In this document: positions 9,012-14,236 of the stretch, in pieces
How the letters are laid out: each line of letters begins with the position of its first letter
Position numbering within the stretch: the stretch's first letter is position 1
Origin: Octopus sinensis
Lineage: Eukaryota
DNA length: 14,236 bases
Reading direction: 5' to 3'
NCBI RefSeq assembly: GCF_006345805.1
Contig: NW_021825833.1
Location: forward strand, 1 to 14,236
The notes under the pieces: model-generated
What the model saw: only the letters and a program-made list of their open reading frames with translations
The model's database searches: none
What the model was told of the DNA's origin: nothing
Program-made: the position numbers and the translations under genes

Positions 9012-9195
9012 TGTTTTAAAACAAACATAATTTTCGTATGTTTTTTTTTTAGGCATTCACTAGTACAACACTAAGTACAAAACCAAATATATGGTACCCT
9101 AGGCATAACACCAACGGGAACTTCCAACTTGTCTTTTGAGGTCTCTGGGTGAGACTTGGAGCCAGCTTGTGCAAATGTAAAGCAAAAGTCAAATG

Positions 9196-9276
<81 letters not shown>
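9012..9276 (+). mobile_element. 3' UTR fragment of a Dong/R4-type non-LTR retrotransposon with an (AAT)n tail
   Basis: Non-coding 9012-9196 followed by (AAT)n 9197-9276. It carries the same bulged-stem/GGG-loop motif ~35 nt before the tail as the coding Dong/R4 copy downstream. Confidence 0.6.
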
Positions 9277-9279
<3 letters not shown>

Positions 9280-9790
9280 CCAGATATTGTTGTGAAAGAC
9301 CAAAACAATAAAGTTTGCTTATTGATCGAGATGAGCATCCCTGTGATCATAATATCTCACGAAATAGTTTGACAAGCTCAGAAAATATAAAGACCTACTC
9401 ATTGAAATTGAGAAAATGTGGCATCTCAAGGCGGTTACAATACCAGTGATCGTAGGAGCACTAGGAATGATCAAGAAGGGAACCGAAAATTATATGAGAA
9501 TGATCCCTGGCTTACCATCCCTGCAAGAAGTGCAAAAGATTGTCTTAACTGGTACATCACATGTATTGAGAAGAGCATTGTCGATGTGAGAATTGTTGCT
9601 GCTCATGTATTTTAATTTAACTTAAAAAAAAAATTAAAAAAATGAACGAACTTTTGAGTTTGGTTTAATGGCCTACCAATGTATACTATGAGTTTCTTTG
9701 CCCTAGGAGTCGGGAAGACACTCGGCAAGAAATGGAAGCAAATTTGAAAGAAGAAAAAAAGTAATAAAAATAATAATAATAATAATAATA
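9277..9790 (+). mobile_element. 5'-truncated Dong/R4-clade non-LTR retrotransposon: frameshifted C-terminal restriction-like endonuclease (REL) remnant, 3' UTR and (AAT)n tail
   Basis: 9277-9342 encodes KPDIVVKDQNNKVCLLIEMSIP (PD..D/E motif). After small indels, 9368-9589 encodes FDKLRKYKDLLIEIEKMWHLKAVTIPVIVGALGMIKKGTENYMRMIPGLPSLQEVQKIVLTGTSHVLRRALSM*, with the K..KY..L, IPVIVGALG and QKIVL.GT.H.LR motifs typical of R4/Dong REL C-termini. Dong elements are known to target (TAA)n. Confidence 0.88.
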
Positions 9791-10274
9791 CTAATGATTT
9801 CTCTCGATTTTCTAGGAAACGTATACTCTGTTCATATTGTCTGACTCATTTTTCGTATATCTTAATCGTTGCGAATTTGGCAAATTGCGCTTTGAATTTT
9901 TTAGTGAGAGTATTAATGTTTCTCCAGATGTTATAACATATTTTGCTAGTGGGTAAGATAGGCAATGGACATGTAAACCACTGTACCTGAAGCGGAAAAC
10001 AAGACATAACCGCGTGCATCTGTCATAATGCGTAACGTGGGACCGACGGTGACTTGAAATACGTCCTCAAAACTATGCCCCGTGTTTTCACGATAAGTGA
10101 AAGCCTTTGCGTACCGAGTAACGCCAGCAGCCATAATTTATTGTTTCAAGACAAAGTCCTACGCTTCAACGATTCTTTAATCGTTTATATTCGTATGTTT
10201 GTAGAATACCCATACTCTCTCTTTCGTATATATCAGCACTCTTTTTACATGATCAACTACACCTGATCGTGATC

Positions 10275-10300
10275 GATTGATAAATAGATACATACATACA

Positions 10301-10341
<41 letters not shown>

Positions 10342-10442
10342 CATAACATACATATCATACATATAATATACATTCGTACATAAATACATAACATACATAT
10401 AATATATGTACATACTACACATATATTTTCATACATCATAAT

Positions 10443-10510
<68 letters not shown>

Positions 10511-10638
10511 GTGTTATGTGTGCGTGTGTATGTGTGTGCGTGAGTGTATGTATGCATGTATATGTATATGTATGTGTGTATATATAAGTATGTATATTTG
10601 TACGTATGTATGTATAAGTACCTACCTACTTACCTACA

Positions 10639-10673
<35 letters not shown>

Positions 10674-10715
10674 TTATCTATCTATCTACATATCGATATA
10701 TATATACATACATAC

Positions 10716-10770
<55 letters not shown>

Positions 10771-10885
10771 TATATACATACGTAAATATATATATATAAA
10801 TATATATACATACATACATATATATATATATATGTCTATATATTCATATGTGTGTATATATATATATACATATATATATATATGA
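10275..10885. repeat. Compound microsatellite block: (TA)n, (TACA)n, (GT)n at ~10476-10510, (TATC)n at ~10640-10686
   Basis: Direct inspection. Confidence 0.92.
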
Positions 10886-12072
10886 TGTCTTTGAAAAACT
10901 TGAATTGTTCCATGATGCAGCAGAAGTTTATAGATTAACTTCTACGACAGAAAAATTCAAAACACAAACATCTAAATACTCTGCGAATAACACCAATTTC
11001 ACCTGACATTAACACATGTTATGTTGTGTTAGACAGTTAAAAATATTAATGATGTTGTTAGTTTTATTTCTTTCTTCATTCCAACTTGGCGCATGTGTTG
11101 GAATTAATATAATTGAATTATAGTGACATTTTATATGTCATATTTATCATTGAAACATTTGGTATATTCAGTTTCTCGTAACACTATTAACGTTATATAT
11201 AACTTTATATCCTGGAGAGGCCATTTTAGCTTGTTTATCCTCCCACAGATCTCTTTTACTTACTTATTGTTTTGGTAGTATGCTGTATGATAAATGCGAT
11301 GTGACTTGTGTTGGTAAATATATTTGAACAAGTATCAGTAATATTTGTGTCACTAAATCTTTCCTTGTTCAGTTGGAAATAAAGAACAATCCGCAGAACT
11401 TGAACTCAATAATAGTGTTATATTTCGGAATGGTCATTTTGCCAGTTTAGCCAATAAAAACACACGCATTATATATTTGGTGTTATTTTGCTTCAGTGTT
11501 ATTTACTTTTTACATTAATCTTAATCTTACTTCGGCCAGAGTTCTTTCGTCACACTCCTGTGACCGCATCAGTGGTCCTTTGTTTTCTTCTTTCTTATTT
11601 GTGTCTCTCCTTACTAACCGTCAGCCATTTTGTATTTCTATTGTATGTCTTCATTTGCGCATGCTTATATCTCTATGTGCGTCTATGTTTATTTAGTGTG
11701 TGTATGTGGGGAGATGCCTGTAATATTTGTATCTTCTGTTTATATACGTTCATGTAATTTGTTTTTGTTGTTGTTGTTTTTGTTTATTCTTATTTTGTTT
11801 ATGTGTTTGCATCCACTTCTTGTATGTATTAATATTTTTCTTTTATTTTTAGAAATGAAAGTAACTTCATTCGGGTAAAACACTCACAGAACGGAAAATA
11901 TTTGTCAGCAGCCGTTACAGAGAAGAGTACTCTGTACCTCATTAATGCTCGGGTTTGAATCCTCACTAGTGATAATATATTTTCCTTTTCTTGGTGTGTG
12001 CAAGTCTGTGGATGTGAGAATAGATTTGTCTAAAATCGGATTAAACCTTTGACTCGATGATAGCAGCTTTGA

Positions 12073-12252
12073 GGAAGAGTGGGGTCAATCAATTTCATCT
12101 ACCTCAGTTCTCAACTGGCCCTTATTTTACCGACCCAGAAAAAAAAATGACAAGTAAAGTCTGCTGGTTTGAAATCGGAACGCAAAAATGGACGAAATGC
12201 CGCTAACACTTTTTGTCTAGTGTGCTAAAATCTCTGACAGCTCATCACCTTA
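12073..12252 (-). mobile_element. Old, degenerate copy of the SINE family seen at 6932-7114
   Basis: caactggcccttattttaccgaccc...tttgaaatcggaacgcaaaaatggacgaaatgccgctaa...gacagctcatcacctt aligns loosely with caactggtacttatttaatcgaccc...tttgaactcagaacgtaacggcagacgaaat. Confidence 0.6.
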
Positions 12253-12269
12253 TCAAATATTAATGAATT

Positions 12270-12345
12270 TGGTTTCAAATTTTGGCACAAAGCCAGCCAT
12301 TTTAGGGGAGACTGTTAGTCAGTTATATCCATCTTAGAACATGAT
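12270..12345 (-). mobile_element. Degenerate SINE 3'-end fragment
   Basis: tttcaaattttggcacaaagccagccattttagggggag matches a common octopus SINE tail as I recall it. The fragment is short and diverged. Confidence 0.4.
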
Positions 12346-12540
12346 GCTAGATATTTTTCCGATGACTAATATTAGTAACATTACTACTCAGGTGAAATGG
12401 CATTATACATAATTGTGTTAATTGGAATATATCTGGAAACCTACAAGTAACATTGAAAATTTCAAATGGCTTAATTCAATAAAAACATACCATTCTCTAA
12501 TCTAATATGTTAAAATTGTTGGTATATTTTCCTCGTGCAT

Positions 12541-12691
12541 TCAAGTTTTATGCAAGTTTTCGATTGCATTGTGAACAGCTTTATTGACGTGCGGCTTTGT
12601 CGGTTGAATACATAACACTATATTCGTTTTGTTGACAAATGCTCCTATCTTTCCGAGTTCTTTTACATGGCTTTCAAAAGGTGAGGGGCCG
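12541..12691 (-). CDS. Candidate terminal coding exon of an unidentified gene (49 aa + stop)
   Basis: Good minus-strand acceptor cccctctcatattcttccacactttcgcag| at 12692/12691. The only open frame is (xx)C-GPSPFESHVKELGKIGAFVNKTNIVLCIQPTKPHVNKAVHNAIENLHKT-TGA, with protein-like composition and no repeat character. No matching upstream exon was found in the window. Confidence 0.4.
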
Positions 12692-12966
12692 CTGCGAAAG
12701 TGTGGAAGAATATGAGAGGGGAATATGTTGAATAAAGTCATAATTAACTGATCACCCTGTGTTTTCTTTTACCCAATGTCAGGGAATTTTCAGCGTCCCC
12801 TCTTATAGTAAGATCATACGAAAAGAAAATGGGTTATGTTCAGTGAAATTTCTGTTCGTTGGTTGTGTGGAGTTTGTTGCATAGGCGATTATTTATATAC
12901 ATTTTTTATAATTCAGAAATATTAAATTTCTAAATATCTCATAGAGATATGTACGGTGGTGGGGCG

Positions 12967-13231
12967 ATAGACTGGTTTTATACTGTCAACTTAATGTGAC
13001 AGTAAGGGAATTACACCACCGCTGTTTAACCCTAGAAAGCATCGACGCTTCCTGTCGGCCTTGACACATTCCCTGTGTCCTTATATATTTATTTATCTCC
13101 CCATCGCAAATATATAAGGACACAGGAAATGTGTCGAGGCCGACAGGAAGCGTCGATGCTTCCTAGGGTTAAACAGCGGTGGTGTAATTCCCTTACTGTC
13201 ACGTTAAGTTGACAGTATACAACCACTCTAT
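12967..13231. mobile_element. 265-bp near-perfect palindrome (MITE/foldback-like)
   Basis: Arms 12967-13090 and 13108-13231 are 124 bp each, with 6 mismatches and a 17-nt loop. A TA at 12968-12969 and 13229-13230 could be a TSD. Confidence 0.75.
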
Positions 13232-13270
13232 TTGTTTTTATTGTTTTGGTGTATGTGATTATCGTTTACC

Positions 13271-13497
13271 TTTTTCTTCCTCCACTCATTTAGAACGCGG
13301 CCAGGCTGGAGCACTGCCTTGAAGAATGGTAAATTGAACTAGTCACCCGCTGCACTACTGTTTTAAGCCTGACACTTATTCTATTGATCAATTTTGCGGA
13401 ACCGCTAAGTAATGAAGACGTAAACATACCAACGTCTGTTGTCAATCGGTAGTGGAAAAACACAGAATAATACACTCACACACATATGTATGTATGT
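13271..13497 (-). mobile_element. Diverged 3' half of a tRNA-derived SINE
   Basis: gcggccaggctggagcactgccttg...ttttgcggaaccgctaagtaatgaagacgtaaacataccaac...gttgtcaatcggtagtgg matches the 3' body of an abundant octopus SINE as I recall it. It ends in a CA/TATG microsatellite and the head is absent. Confidence 0.65.
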
Positions 13498-14041
13498 GTC
13501 GAGTGCCCATCATCGACGAGATCAAGGAAGGTCGAAATGACGTGGTGTCATGGTGTCTATGCGCTGGAGATTGTGGGGAGCTGTTTCCCCGCGGGCATTA
13601 TAAACATGGGTTAATTTTGAATGGAAACCAAGTATACGGTTTGCTCTCATGGTATCTTCATATTAATACTGCATCTGTCACTAAAAAAAATGTATATATT
13701 TAGATTATATATAATTTATTTATGTATGTATACGTGTATGTGTGTGTGTGTGTGTGAATATGTGTTTTAGTGTGTGTCAGTGCATCAATCATTATCGCAT
13801 TTTGTCCCGTCTTTTTAATGTTTTCTTATAGACCAGCGTCCTGGTGTGTATCTACATCTACTGTTATGAATTGAGCATGAAAGATTGCCTGGAGATACAA
13901 GGCATATCCTGTAAATCTGGCAATTTAGTGTCTCTTAAAGCATGGAACTATTAGTATTTTTTTTAATGCTATATATTAAATGATATTCATATCTTACTGG
14001 ATGGAGTACATTTTTGTTGACCCTCTATATGTTCTATGAAT

Positions 14042-14147
14042 GTATATATATATATAAACATATATATATACATATATATATATGTAAATATATATATATA
14101 TATGTATATGTATATATATATATACATACATATATATATATATATAT
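14042..14147. repeat. (TA)n microsatellite
   Basis: Direct inspection. Confidence 0.9.
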
Positions 14148-14151
14148 TCAA

Positions 14152-14236
14152 AATGTGACCGCGTGTGTGCCGTTGACGATTTTTTTTTCCTCTGCCTTCC
14201 CTTCTCTGGATCTTTCCTTCTATGTTTCCGACGAAG
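14152..14236 (+). mobile_element. Second copy of the hammerhead-bearing repeat at 4064-4261, cut by the window end
   Basis: cgtgtgtgccgttgacgatttttttttcctctgccttcccttctctggatctttccttctatgtttccgacgaag aligns with 4067-4141. It ends in CCGACGA-A-G, the first half of a hammerhead core. Confidence 0.7.

Noticed and set aside
9816-9952. Plus-strand AG...GTAAGA-bounded 137-nt open segment (ETYTLFILSDSFF...)
   Set aside because: The peptide is unrecognisable, there is no partner exon, and such signals are frequent by chance.
11945-11965. B-box-like GGGTTTGAATCC
   Set aside because: No A box, cloverleaf or SINE body; at most a decayed SINE head.
13500-13620. DVVSWCLCAGD vaguely like the RTE reverse-transcriptase motif PWCMLYADD
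   Set aside because: The catalytic DD is absent and the surrounding sequence does not align.
1-14236. CRISPR array, rRNA, tRNA genes or prokaryotic operons
   Set aside because: No regularly spaced repeat-spacer units and no rRNA motifs. The tRNA-like segments are SINE heads and the context is eukaryotic.

Overview
This is AT-rich, microsatellite-dense eukaryotic genomic DNA with no complete protein-coding gene. The interspersed repeats match SINE, Helitron, Dong/R4 and Penelope-like families as I recall them from octopus genomes, so the taxon is an inference. Almost all ORFs in the supplied track are microsatellite artefacts. The main result is a 1.48-kb non-coding element (2438-3913) with ~315-bp near-identical inverted arms. 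Each arm carries an identical, core-intact minimal type I hammerhead ribozyme (CUGAAGA-stem II-GAAA, palindromic stem III ACAAUUGU, GUA cleavage triplet) pointing outward, around an 845-bp G/T-skewed spacer. A second family with degenerate hammerheads occurs at 4064-4261 and again at the window end. An (AAT)n array (8324-9790) holds three elements, including a Dong/R4 endonuclease remnant and two 3' ends that share a structural motif. The window also has a complete non-autonomous Helitron, several tRNA-derived SINEs, a 265-bp near-perfect palindrome with nested 8-8-8 terminal palindromes, and one plausible terminal coding exon on the minus strand (12541-12691).
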